DNA of 64,000 nucleotides. Origin: Marsupella aquatica. Its lineage: Eukaryota > Plantae > Marchantiophyta. Every line of letters begins with the position of its first letter. Position 1 is the stretch's first letter. The notes under the pieces were generated by a model. That model was not told where the DNA came from. It made no database searches and worked only from the letters and a program-made list of their open reading frames with translations. The position numbers and the translations under genes were made by a program. This document shows, piece after piece, positions 36,406-49,899 of this stretch. The DNA lies in contig OZ316894.1 in assembly GCA_973895155.1 (NCBI GenBank), positions 15,988,699-16,052,698 on the forward strand. Direction: 5' to 3'.

Positions 36406-39400
36406 TCATTGATGTCTTCCTTGCGGATCTGCTGTGGTAACTGAAGGGCGAACACTGGGGGCAACAAAGGGAACAAGTCGCTTGTAATCCCTCTTCCGAC
36501 CAGGACCATATGTATCTAAAACTCTTCCGAGTGCTAACTTTGTATTTTGCAGAGCTGTTTCTCGAGATGGCAGCACGTCTGTAGCCGCTACAGTCCCAGC
36601 AGCAATGGGGGGTGTGGCGTTTGTTCCATCAGAGCTTAGCCAAGACGGTTGAAGAGGACCACTTTTAGCCTTGAAAGAGCTATGCGATACCATACTTGAA
36701 AATCTATCCTCCAACTGTAACCTTCGTAATGCTGGTGACCCTGGAGCTACAAAGTTCCCATTCTCTTGCACAGAAGGTGCATCGTCCACTTGGAAACTAC
36801 CCTGTGTACTGCAGCTCTGTAAAACAGCCTCAAGTACATTCAAAGCTTCAAAACAAAGAGGACTCTCAACAAACTGTGAAACTGCAGCATAAATTTGAGG
36901 CGACTTTGCTGCATCCATTGTCGTGTGTTGCAGAAGAGCTCTCAACATAAGTAAAATCACTCGTTGGTACTCAACTGGTCCCTTTTCTAACAAACGCAGT
37001 AAATGTCTAAAAGCTAACGCAGAATGGCGTGGGAACCACTCTGTGCATAAAAGTGGGGCAACCCGGTCCAAAAGATCCTCCATGGTTGTTTGCCATCCCT
37101 CTGCATATGCGGCAAATACAAGTGCTAGACCATCAAGATGCTTTGCAGCACACCATTGCGAGATGTTTGCTGCCACTGAGCGTGCCTTCTGCAACTGTTG
37201 CTGAAGAGGAGAGTCAAAGCCCAACATTAGCGAGCCCCCTCCCTGTTGCAATTGCAGGCAGAGCCAGGGCAGAAGTCCAACAATGTGCATTAATAACCTA
37301 GTATCTGAATCTCCAAATATTTGATCACACGAATGAAGAGTAATTCGTGAGAGGACTTCAATTGCAGAGGCATGGCTCACAGTTGACATAAGACCCTTCA
37401 GAACTAAAGGTTGAACCCCTTCAAAAGTAGGCGCTTTCTCCTCTGAATCCCCTCCATCTTCACTTCTACCAAGTATGTCAACCCCACTGGAGTCCAGCCG
37501 AGCTAAGTCCCTGTCATGTAGGTGACTCTCGTATTCGTCTTTGGGCATATTAGAGAGGAGGACATTTTCAGCAGTTTGATCATGAAATGACAATCGATCA
37601 ATGACTCGGGCAAAGAGCTCCAGGACCTGAGTGTAGACATGGACAAAATCCGTGTGCAGCATCGCAACACAGCCCCAGAAGACTTGTGGATAGAGTATAA
37701 CTTTCTCTGGTTCCATAATTTCCACCATAACTTGCAAGGTGAGTAATATCTCCATCACAAATCCCAAAACTGGCTGTCCCGGGTTGCTAAAACACCGATG
37801 TAAGCATCTTAGCAATGAGACACAGGTGTCACTTGTGACACTTGGCCTAAGTGCTCGGTAGATTTGATGAGAACGACAAGCCAGATGCCTAGAAGTACAC
37901 TCCATCGCCCACTTTAAGGCCTCCTCTCCCCATCGCTCTCGCAAATCACCTTGAAAGAAGATAGCATCCACTACACTCAAAACGAGGGCAGATAGCAGTG
38001 CCGCGCTAGGGAGCTCCATACGATTGAATGTCATATCCTCGTTCTCCCACATCATACTACTTTTTTTGGATTGCACATACTTGATCAAGCTCACAACCTG
38101 TTGCTTATATTCTCCATCTCCGTGATCACCAACATCATACAGCTCTAGATGACGGCCTGCAAGGGAGTACAGAAGGTTCACAAGCAACTGCTGGCAGTGC
38201 TCAAGAACAATATCCTCCGAGCTGTCCATAGAGACAAAAGTAACATGGAATAGAAGAGGAAGATGCCCTCGAAAATCTTCATCGTTTTCATAGGCTATTT
38301 CTGCCAAAAGAATCAACGCAATGTCTGCCCGTGAAAGCCAATGATGATGCCCTTGCAATGCAGACTGGAGTTCCCCTGCACTAACAGCTGGGGTACTTGA
38401 ACGCATTTCCTCCACGGAGTTAGGTGTGTCAACAAAATAGTCCCCACTGTCCCTTGAGAGATGCCTACTTTTGAGGCTTCCTGTGGAACTACGGACCCCC
38501 ATGAGGGGACCAGATAAATTCATTAACGGACCAGATCCTGTAAACAGTTGACCTGATCTACCCTGATGTATTTCTGGCATTGCCAAACTATTCAGGGGAC
38601 CAGACATACTCCGGCCCGTTGCTGTACGCCAGCTCAAACTGCCACTGGTAGTTCGCAGAGGACCCTCCAAGGAGCCCCGAACCAACAGTGGAGACATATG
38701 AGGCGGGGGCTCAACTACTGGGACGGCCTGAGGACCTTGTGAGAATTCGAGCACTCGAGCATTGGTCCCAACATCAAATCCTGAATCAGTTGGCCGTTTT
38801 ATTTGTTCAGGGTGATCTTCCAGCATCCTCTGGGATAGTTCATAGACCAGATGATCAATGGTCTGCTGAGGTGAAATTCTGGCCAAATATAAGCTGATTC
38901 TTTTTGCCACAGAAAAATAAGTCGCAAAAGCTCCACTAATCTCCCCTGTTGCATTTGAATCACAATCTTCAATTCCCTTAGTGATGAGAAAGTCCAGGAC
39001 AGGGATAATATTTCTCCACTTCGTTGCCACGGTACTCCAGAGTTTCTCAATTTCATCAGGAAATTGATCTCCATGCCGCCATGTGACATAATACAGGCTT
39101 TTCAAAAGTCGCTCACTCCAACCCGAGTCCAACAGTGCGACGAAGTTAAGGTTCTCAATCCAAGGAGCCATACATGTCAACACTTGATGCTGGGCAATTA
39201 TGTCAACTGCATCAAGCTGCCGCTGCATGATTTCCTCACAGAGAAGTTCACTTAGCTCAGGATGTTCCTTTGCAAGCTTAGCTGACAACTGATACTGAAA
39301 TTGTTGATAAGAGTCTGGGAGACTTCCCACAACCGCGGCACGATATCTGCCGGCGCCTTCCCCTTCTTCTGCCCATGCACGTAGTGATAATGTTTCCAGC

Positions 39401-42400
39401 ATTTGTAGTGCATCGTCCCTTATCTGACGAGACTGGTCGACGACTTTATAAAGAATGAGACTCAACAACCTCTGTATCTCACACTTCGGAACCTCTTGAC
39501 GCATGTACACTTCAGCAAGAACAGTAAAATACCCATCAGCAATAGATGGGTCCGACGAATAACACTGCAACCATGTCAATCTCAGATAGGTCAACTGCTT
39601 GGACTAGCCATTATTCTGAGCAGCTCATGAAAACTGAACACAGTAGAAGTGCGAAAATGAGACAATATTCCTAAAGAAAATTCTACATAAATAGCTTTGG
39701 AGGCGTAGTAATTTTGTGGAACAGTCATTCTACAAAACAGATCATCTGCAGATCTCCAGAGACTGCAGAATTAAATGGGAACTACAAAAATACCATAAAC
39801 TCGCTTCACTTTCGAAGAACATAACGCCTGGCATGATAACGACGTCTCGGGAGAGAAAAGCAAACCTGATCAATGCATGCAGGAAACAAATCAAGGTTTG
39901 TCTGCAGAAGATTCATCAAGGCAGTCTTTGCCAGAAGAACTCGGGAAGAAGTTATACGTTGTCGGTCCCGCCCTCCACCTCCTCGAAATCCATCCACCGT
40001 TCCAATAACTCCGAACTTAGAATGAGGAGAAGGTGTACGAGGATCAGCAGGCGAGTGGCCAACCGGCACCCTGTTCACCGGTTCCAGGAAGAGACCATTT
40101 ATCCAAGAGACCACCCGCCCACTCATTTTCCTCGCACTATCATCAAAACAGGTTCCGTACAACAATGCAGCCATTGCATTCATGGCTACCCATTGGATTG
40201 CATCCACTTGCTCATTAACCTCTTTCTCCAAATTAATTTTTTCTACTGAATCTTTGGTTCTCACATTCTGTGCAGACTTGTAGCGTTCTATCTCGCGTCG
40301 ATATTCATTAACTCCATCTTGACCCCAGGCACTGGAGGTGTCATCACACCAAGAAGACAAGACGTCAAACAATCGCTTCCGCATCCTTGAATCAAATTTC
40401 TCTGATGATGCCCGAACCATATCTGCTGCAAGAGATCTCAACACACATGCAAGGGAGTAGCGTAGAGGCTGGATGTCTTGAAATGCCTCAGTCGGCGCAG
40501 ACAAAATGTGCCGTATTGTGTCTTCAATGAACCTCAGAAAGTGGATACGTAATAATGACTTCCGAGTGAGCATTCCTGGCCATACACTCTCGGCAACCAT
40601 ACGATAGACCTCTGCAACATGAACGCGTACATCCTCCCGACGAAGCTTCTGGCTCTGTCAACATGCATGTCCAGCATCCTCAGCTCACAATTCACCTTCC
40701 AATCGCCGTTGTAACAATCATAATTTCACAATTGTCACAATCATAATGACATCTGTACATCACAATTCACCTTTCAATAGCATTACCTTCCATTTGGGCC
40801 GATTTTCCATCTCGGAAGTTACTTCCTCCAGGAATCCGGCCAATTCAGTTAGCATAACTTCACATATCTCCAGGTGTGAGTGTCCAAGGGCCAATGTTGC
40901 AGCGTACTGCAATACCACAATTGTGCAGTGATGGTACTGTCAAATACAATCTGAAGCGGACCCTACTTTGCATAGATGTGCAAAAAAGGAAAGGATATTT
41001 TGAAGTCTGTAAAAACAGATCAGCAATCAAAGGTACTCTTAAGAAGTTAGCAGTACAAACAGACCAAACAAAGCTAGTACTCTACATTAATCCAGCCAAT
41101 GGCACCAAGTCTAACGTTTCCATTTGAGACAGGAAGAAAAGCCGTACAATTTGTCCATCATTGCCGGACTTCAAGAACGGAAACACAAGCCTCAACAACT
41201 CTTTGACAGACTGCGCCCCCCCATCATCAGAGTCCTCTGGTGGGCAAGAACAGGCAAACATAGAATACATGTGCCATTGATCCAATTTGTTGTCGACATC
41301 GTGAGCTTGCGTTGCTTTCCCTCCTAGATCAACTGGAGTGATATGAGCAAGCCGAGTTACGACTTCCAACCTACAAGAAGAAAAACGTCAGTTCAAAACT
41401 CACTTTTTATATGTATCTTGCGAACAGTTGAGTCGCGCTTCTGATCAACAACAACGACTAACGACAAGCTCACCTTGCCCCTTGCACAGCAGCTGGAGAT
41501 AATTCTGCAACATAGTTAACCAACTCACTCAAACAGCGTGCCCATCTCGCTTTGTCATTACTTTCCAGAACTGTCTGCAGGGTCAGATCTGGAGGGACAA
41601 CGTCCCACTCACGCCTCAAATCGTACCACCGACCAGAATCCCAATAACAACGCTGCACAATATCATCCTGCGAGCCAATTCCCAAACTGTATCAAAGACA
41701 CATTGCGTGCTATTCAGTCTTCTCTCTGAAGAGACAACAATTTAGCGAATAAGTGGAGGTTCGTATATCCAGCTCACTATCCATTGTTGCTATTCATCTT
41801 TGATAGTAGCATTTGAGTTTGCAATTAAGGTTAACCAGCCGGTGATGAGCACTTGACCAGTTGACTTTGAAGACTACTGTAATTGAAGCTCTGAACATTA
41901 GTCATTGCAAGCAAGAAATTACTTAATGATATCAGAGAGCACTTAATTCGTTCCAGGCAAAGAAAATTGGAAAGATATCACCACACTGTTGTAATTGACA
42001 ACAAGGAATGCTAACATCTTTATTCATTTCCAGTTAGAAGTAGAATGTCGCTCTTACCCCTGTCTCCTCAAACACATCAATTACAAAAGTTGATTCTGGG
42101 TCAGCGCGGGGTTTGGTGCGCTCGTGCTCTTTGGTAGACAGCTTTGTTATATCATTCTGCAAAGCTCGGACACACCGTAGAAGTTCCAGTGCAGTGTGTC
42201 GAATTTGAAGGTCTACGGAGCAGAGAAATATGAGGCCAACTGCATCCATTCCTGAAGGATCAAAATTGTTCGCATCCTCAAACGTAAGAGGGATAGGATA
42301 TGCGTTCCTAGAATTTCGATTCCCACTGCGAGTATGTTTACTCTCTGATGTAGCATTCTCTTCAGCCAAACAGGCACGCCACGAGTGCAGTAACTGGACT

Positions 42401-45400
42401 AGCCGACCCAGTGACGTGTGGATAAGCAGGGGGAAATCGTCCGGTATCCTGAGAATAAAGTTAGCCATTCCCCTCATCACAGCAAACCGGCTCGCGGGCA
42501 GATCACGAACGGTTCTGAAAAGTACCTGTACTGCTTCCTCTCTAACACCCGGTTCAATACTTATCGCATAAACTGGGATAATTTCAGTTAGCTTCTCAGC
42601 TCGCCACTGCTCTGGTATCAAGTGTGGTACACACTTTAAAGCCCAACGAAATACCAGCCACCCTTGGGATTTCTCTTTGGTTAAGGGTTCTACACACAAC
42701 ATTACAAAATAAATTTAACCGACAGTTACATTAATTTAAAATAGTTGATCTTGTCTCTAGAAATAGTGAAGTTCACAAGAAATTAGACAGCACAAATTGG
42801 CGAGTAATACTTTCATACCTATGGTGGTCTTAGAAGACGTCAGCAGAGCGATTCCATAGGTTGCATGACATGCTTTAATAATGGAACCCAAGGCGCTCCT
42901 AACTTTAGGAATGTAAGGGCCAATGTCATGCCCATTGACAGAAAAGTCACTTGCAACAGAGCCCGTGCTCCTATGGCGCGGGGATGCACTTGCATGGGAC
43001 CAAGAAGGTGTTGGTGAGCCTCTAAGAGAGGACGTAGAAAAAACATGTGAATCTTCAAAACTGTCTGATCCAAAACGCTGGTTTGGTGGCGATGAGACGA
43101 TGGCAAGAAGGGCTCTTAAACCAATCACTTTTGCCTCACTCAAACTTTCTGTTCGTAGCAATTCTAGGATCATATGATTCATACAGAAGTCAAGGTTACT
43201 CTCAGCAATTGTCACGCAGAAGTCCACGAGTTTGTCATGCTGCACATCTTGAGTCAATGAACCCTTCTTTAAAAAGGCTAACAACTGTGAAGTAATGCTG
43301 TGCAGATACACCCAGACACGGTTCTTTTGATGGCTCTCAGCATAAACGTTGAGATAGAAGCGCAGTACTCTGTGCAAGCAATCAAGTGCCATTGACCTGT
43401 GGTTCTTCTCCTGTTGACAAACCACACACCACATGCAGAAACAAAGTAAGCTACTTGAGACCTACTAGACAACCAAAATAACACTCCACAATCCGTGATT
43501 GTACAGTTCAAGCCATCCAACAGAATGAACTTCAAAGAAAAACTTGACGTATACTTATCTGAGAACACACAAACAAGACAACTGTCTGTTTCGATTTTAA
43601 GTCTTCTGGCAAAGAAACCCTGACAGAGAAAGATATCCCAAGAACACAGGAGACCTAAGAATTGATCACAAGTAGACTTCGACTCAATAGCAAACAACCT
43701 CTCCTTGTCTAAACAAATGGTTGACATAGCAATCTTTGCTCACCCTAAGAAGTTTATACAATTGTTCCAGATGCGGGCCAAAAGTACTATTGAAGTACTG
43801 TGGATCCCCAAGGCACAGAAGGAGAGTCACCAGAGGATACCCAACCTACAAGCAGAAGATTCAAACCATGTCAAGTTCCACGGCCAATCAATAAATCTCA
43901 TTTGAATGGTGGACACTTGGCAGCCATACCCCCCAAAAAATAGGTTCGTAAGACAGTCGAATTGAAACACAACATGCTATGTTCTGACTGACCATCTGCA
44001 AAAAAGAAGGCCAAATATGAGGCGATATACTTAACGATTGCAATAGTTCTAATAATTGATGAGCGCATCACATTATTTGGAGAGGGCGTAAAAGCTTACA
44101 ATGATATGTTTACTTTGCTTGTCCATCCAAACAGTAAGTTGATTTCTTATTCGAAGCACAGCATCGTACCAAAGTGTTAAAGACTGATCAGCTCCGGTAG
44201 GTGGCCAAGATCCTTTACTGCCATCAGCTAAAGGAGCTAGAATACCAGATAACATGTTGCACATTGCATGGTGCAGCTCTGTCTTCTTCTTAGCTGGTAC
44301 TCGAACAAGAGGATTTGCTTTGACAACGAAGGAAGTTGAGGCATTAAGACCACCTACAGTATTAACCTGATAGACCAAAAGTATTCATCAGGCAATGACC
44401 ATCAATAACTTATATGATTGGTCCAAAGACGAGCCACCAAATGCCAAAAGATCTACTGAATATCAATCTTCTTACAGGAATACCGGCCGGGATATAGTGG
44501 CCAATGAGCTATCAACAAAGCTGTGCCGAAAAGAAACCAACATAAAGATAGAAATACTTTTAAACATACCCCAAGCTTAAGATAGCGCATCCCATGAATG
44601 ATGCTTAGAGTTTCGCTACGAGGTGCCCCTGAGTCAATGCGCCGCACACTGGGGTCGCTAAAAAATCGATCTGTCACTGAACTAAACCTGCAAAGTATCG
44701 CGATATTTAAGATGACAGAATGCAAAGGAGCACCATCTATATTTTCTTTGGACGGCATTTGACAACATTGCAAATCGCATCCTGTCTGTAGGCTCTTCCA
44801 TTAGTAGTTTCCCAGAGCATATTCTCCATGTCCGAAACTTATCTTTCTTTGGGATTTGGACACTGCAAAGTCAGTCACGACCATAGGCGACCTAAAGATC
44901 GTCATCCAGTCAACAAGCCAAGCTGATCTCTCAACTCAGTGCGGTTTTTGTTTACTTATGTACTAATTATATTGTGCCCGAGGAGGATAATATCTCGCTC
45001 AACAAGTAAGCCTACATCTGACATACTTTCTCCATCAGCACACAAATCTCCGGTTGCTAATTCTGTTCTGCTTTTCGTTGGCTTTCTACTGCCCATGTTT
45101 TCACTGTCTCATGTCAGGGAAATTTAAACGAGTCCACCCACCCGTTCATCTATTCTAACATCCATAAAAAACATAAGTTGGAAAGTCAAAAATATTCCTT
45201 CCCCACCTAGCCACTACCCCACGGTCACCGGAGCCGTACTGATAAACAAAACAAAAATTCGGGACGAGAAGTTTTCAGGATACATTGATTCAAAGCTCAT
45301 CTTTCCTACGACACTACTTCAATTGACAATGGCAATATTCTGCTGTACAGCTCCGCTGGTTGAGATAGCCGCAGGCACTGAGAATTTATAATCATCAGTC

Positions 45401-48170
45401 GCAAAGAAACCATCTTTGTTGTCCATGTATAATTGTGCTAGGAATTAGACACCGATTCTGAAACACTTAACTTGTCTTTACACCGTCTGAGCCATTATTG
45501 GAGCTGGATGCATAACTCTGATCTACCAAGATCAGATGAAAACATTGTAAAGCTCCGACGTACCTTGTCCGTGAAAGGGCACCGAGTAGCTGAGCAACAA
45601 GATCAAGTAGAAGTCCCCGAAGGTCCACCAGAGATGGATACTCTGTCTGACTCACAACTCTAAATTGACGAAATCATCAAAGCTTGAGTCAGTGACTTAC
45701 TGAAAGGCTTAGAATCTTACAAATTTACAAATTAATTTCATTCTTCTTGGATCTATTCATAACCCCGACACTCTACCGTGCATTATTACGAATAAATTAG
45801 CTGAAACTAAACTGCTCTTATCTTATATCAGTATATGATATTTACCAGCCAAATAGTTCCACGAAAATTCATAACAATGAACTCCAAACTCTTTCTATTC
45901 TCATAGAAATACGACGAGGAATATGATCACTAACCTGTCTGCGTTGATCAACCAATCGAAGACAAAATTCTCCAGCCCAATCCATAAGGTTTCTGCAGAG
46001 AGCCAAAAGACACTTTGGAAGTCTTAAACTAGTGACAAAAACATTTAAGGAAATTTCTATGTTCACAATCATTCCAAATTTCTGAAGTCCACACTGTGTG
46101 CTGCCGAGGCCTCACAAAGAAACTGTTTGTAATTACAAAGTCCGGCCAATGTGGACTTTGCATAGAAATAAAGACCTTGTTGAAAATATAGAAACAGTCA
46201 AAATGTTCGTTTCGTTGGTGAAAGTCTGATATTGGAAAGCAAAGAGGCACATGAAAAAATATTAAGAACCAATTGTTTGACTAGAAGTAACATATTCACC
46301 TGAAAGACCTTCCTGGGGGCAGCATTCCACAAAGCGGATGCAAGCAGAGCAGAAAATGCATTCCACTGCAAGCTACAGTCTCAAAACAAGAGGTGACGTT
46401 AATGCTGATTTGCTTTATATCGTTTTGCCTATCACTTCGGCAACGCATTCGCAATTTGGATGGCCCTAAGAAGTCAGCTTGCTCAAACCTCAACCATGGC
46501 TGTGTATAATTTGAAAGTTTATGACTAAATGTCAGTATTTCAGAAAGGGCATATGGGGAGCCCTCTAACTAAGTTGCATCACTTCAAAATACGTGTCCCC
46601 TTCCAACGCCACGACTTTCCTCAAGACAAGCAAGTGCGGCTTTCCACTCGCAGCTAAAATCGCATTTGATAAGAACTACAAAGACCACTATCAAGAGGCT
46701 CACCTTTCTTTGAAATGTGGAGGCATCATTGGCTCCTTTGGGAGATTCACTGCAAAAGGAAATGATAGAAAAATGTGAGGAGATCCAGTAAACCAGTCGT
46801 GGCACCGAATTGTGCTCACAATTTTTCAAGACAACACGCACCTTCTCTCAAAAAGTACTGCTGTAATACTTTCCAACAACCAACTGCCCCCAACACGTAG
46901 GTCTTACACTTAGCCCAACAACTGCTTTAAAAGCTTCAGAACCTCTGACTTTACCAACCTCAAAAGTGCAAGACCACCGGATGACACTACCAGAACTGCT
47001 AAAACCACCTGGTAGAAACACTTATACATTGCGAACAAGTGAAAAGAAGCTGTTTAAGAGAGATAGATCTCAGATTTGACCCGACTATTGGTAACCTAAG
47101 AAATATGTTAACATCAATGTAGTATTCTACATCTAGCCAGTTAACAGTCTCAATCACACTCCAGGGCTCTCAGTTAAAACCTATCAAACAGCTATGCTCC
47201 ACCAAGGGGCGACTGTCGAAGCTAAATGATGGTTGATCCTTCAGACTTCTTTCCTAGACCTGATCACGCTCCTTCCTGACAAGCACAGGTAACTGCCATG
47301 TACCTCTCCCGCCATTTAAGAAGAGCTTCGAGCAGCGGCTCAGGTGTATGGTGAGCAACCATTGCAAGGGAATCCAATGCCTGCTCGTACACTGGGTCTG
47401 AGGCACGTAAGTACTGCCCATCCTGCACAAATTGCAAGCACTTTCAATTTCAGAACAAAACTTCAAAGATCTCCTCAAAAAATCAGCTAAATACCTCTCC
47501 GTTCCAGAGTCTTCGGCTGTGTGGCAGGCTTTGTGCCAGTACAGATATGAATAGCAAAACTGAGCTTTTGAGACTACTGAAGACGGATCCCTAGATTTCA
47601 GCACCTTCGTAAACACTGCTGTGGGCAGCTGGTTCAAGAGTACGCCAACTTGTCTTTACTGTTTTCATGAGGAGGCTGGACCTAGACCTTGCCTCTCTAG
47701 GAATGCAACTCGAAAAGTGCATCATTTCAAGTCAAGCATTGATCAGAGGTCGGTTGGTCCCCCGTATTCGCTGCCCACTTTGATCATCGGAAGGCCCCGT
47801 ACATTCTTCGTCTCACATCGGTCTCTCTGGACATTCTATTCATTCTTTCATTCTCTGTCTTCGAGTTCGATTCTATGTCTACCAATCTCACTGCAGTTAT
47901 CAGCAAAGCCCGTAAGCGATATCTTATCCCACCTTATACGTCACTACACTTCTTCGCTTGTCCTCTAGCTTTTATACCTGGAATTTACTAACTTCTTCAA
48001 ACCTGACATGGAAAACAAAAAACGTGTTCTTTTGTTCCTCGTCAAAGCGAAAACACGGGACAACGAAAATGAACCTGAGCTTGCACTGTGTCGATACGCC
48101 GCCGGGCCAGAGGCAGAAACCTTTGAAGCAAAGCTTCCACTATCAGCTTGGCAGCGTTTGTTGCACGCAT
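36406..48170 (-). CDS. Furry/Tao3(PAG1)/Mor2 family cell-morphogenesis scaffold (large HEAT/ARM protein), ~15 exons
   Basis: First exon 48170-48075 ([32 protein letters not shown]), then [14 protein letters not shown] (47422-47304), [62 protein letters not shown] and further exons at ~44690-44570, 44366-44098, 43411-42821, 42688-42058, 41668-41474, 41369-41147, 40906-40787 and 40634-39867. The terminal exon of ~3.2 kb (39565-36406) carries [23 protein letters not shown], typical of the plant Furry-like C-terminal domain. Confidence 0.93.
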
Positions 48171-49671
48171 TTTGTCAAGTCTACTGCGGACAATTTGTTC
48201 GCTCTATTCCACTCTATTCCAAACACCAGCAATTCACGGGTTCGATTGCAGATGCGTTTCAGAAGCCTGTGGGCAGACAATTCCTTGTCGACCACTCCTG
48301 CTCCCTACTGTACAAGACCAATCTGGCCCCCCTTCCAGCACCAGCTCATGGGACCCGCACACAGAGCAGCAAATGCCATTCGCTCCAAGCTCCAGCTTTT
48401 CCAATAAACTATATCACCATCCAGGCGAACAAAACAAAAACACCTTCCAAGCAATGCACCCAAACGACTGCCCGCCATCCAAAATCTGGGATCAAAGCTG
48501 TCAACGCTTCGGCATCCTCCTCCCTTCCTTCACAAATGTCAGTTCAAGGAGATCCATCGCCCTCCTGGCGAGACGCGACCACGTAATTGAATGCGATTCT
48601 TCGCTGGTACTTCTCGGTCGGACTTCCAGAGTCGCTACCAGATCCTTCGTCGTCTCCCATCCTTTGTCTACACAGTGCAACTGAAGACGGAATCTCACAA
48701 CCTCACTCCGCAACCCTAATCGCCAAGACGTCCCAGCGAAAAGCCATCGAGCGATGAATTTGACAAATTCTCGTCTCCGTGCAGACACTCAGTGACGAGC
48801 AGTACTTGTGCAGCACGGACAGGTAGGACGGCACAATGACGGAGGCAAAAGAATCACGCATCCATCCACCTACTCAGTTTCCAAACATTAAGCAAACCTG
48901 GATGCCTTCAATTCATAGACAGCGACCTCCATCTGCGTCTCCCGTCTCCGTACTTCGGTAAAACAGTGACAAACAACGTTGTCTCTCAAGCCCACAAGAC
49001 CGTGCTCCTGCTGCTGCCTCCATGACATAACGTACAGTCGGTGAAGGAAAAACATCGCGATTTCGCAGGCAGGCGAGGCTACCGCCTGCTGATGGCCAGG
49101 GAATCCTGACCTCCGGGACGATGAAATCAATTCTTAACGCTGAAATGAAACTAAGTCCAGTTTCTACCAATCTTCTTCTGTCCATCCATCGATAAAACGC
49201 GCCACACGTATCAAAGCATACCATCCGCTGACGACGAGCAGCAGCGTGGAGCTTGATCACGCAGTACTCTTCTATTGCAAGACATTTTGCACAGCAAGGG
49301 GCTATCACGATGCTATTGTAGAGTTCATCGTGAATGTCTCTTTCGCCATCGCGGCTTAATACTCTTTTGCCTCTCCACCTCAACTCTCGGGACTGAACTT
49401 GGACTCGGACTGGACTGACTTTCCCCTGCCTTCGTCCATTGTTCAATGCCCAAGTACAGTACAAAAGGTAAAAGGTTCGATGACTCTTCCAGTAGTAGTA
49501 AAGCACGCTCTGAAGCCCATAAGTACACTAGTACAAAAGGTTTCACGAGGCTTCCAGTAAAGCACGCTCGGAAGCCCATAAGTACAGCACAAAAGGTTCG
49601 AGGAGGCCATCAAGGCCCAACTCGCATGTAAGCTGCCCTCTATTTCACGTATGGCATAGGAGGAACGTATG

Positions 49672-49830
49672 GATTCCTTAGGGTGTCTCAAAGCTTAGAA
49701 GGGCATAGAAGGATTCATGAATTTCCTTAGGGTGTCTCAAAGCTTAGAAGGGGCATAGAAGGATTCATGAAGGTGTCTCAAGGCTTAGAATGGGCATAGA
49801 AGGATTCATTAGGGTGTGTCAAAACTTAGA
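49672..49830. repeat. Short tandem array, ~40-50-bp unit x3-4, built on the MITE-terminus motif TAGGGTGTCTCAAA
   Basis: (TTA)GGGTGTCTCAAAGCTTAGAAGGGCATAGAAGGATTCAT repeated at ~49678, 49727, 49771 and a partial copy at 49809. Confidence 0.8.
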
Positions 49831-49899
49831 AATTAAGGAGGATGACATCTACAACTTTAATGAGGGATCCCACTTTTTTTAGTCCTTTGTCTCAATACA

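Noticed and set aside
48305-48349. Short upstream ORF (MSWCWKGGQIGLVQ*) 5' of the Furry ATG on the minus strand
   Set aside because: The leader exon structure is unknown and the ORF may lie in an intron; there is no conservation evidence.
47958-48684. Three overlapping plus-strand ORFs of 149-192 aa
   Set aside because: Antisense to Furry exon 1 and its 5' leader; composition is not protein-like.
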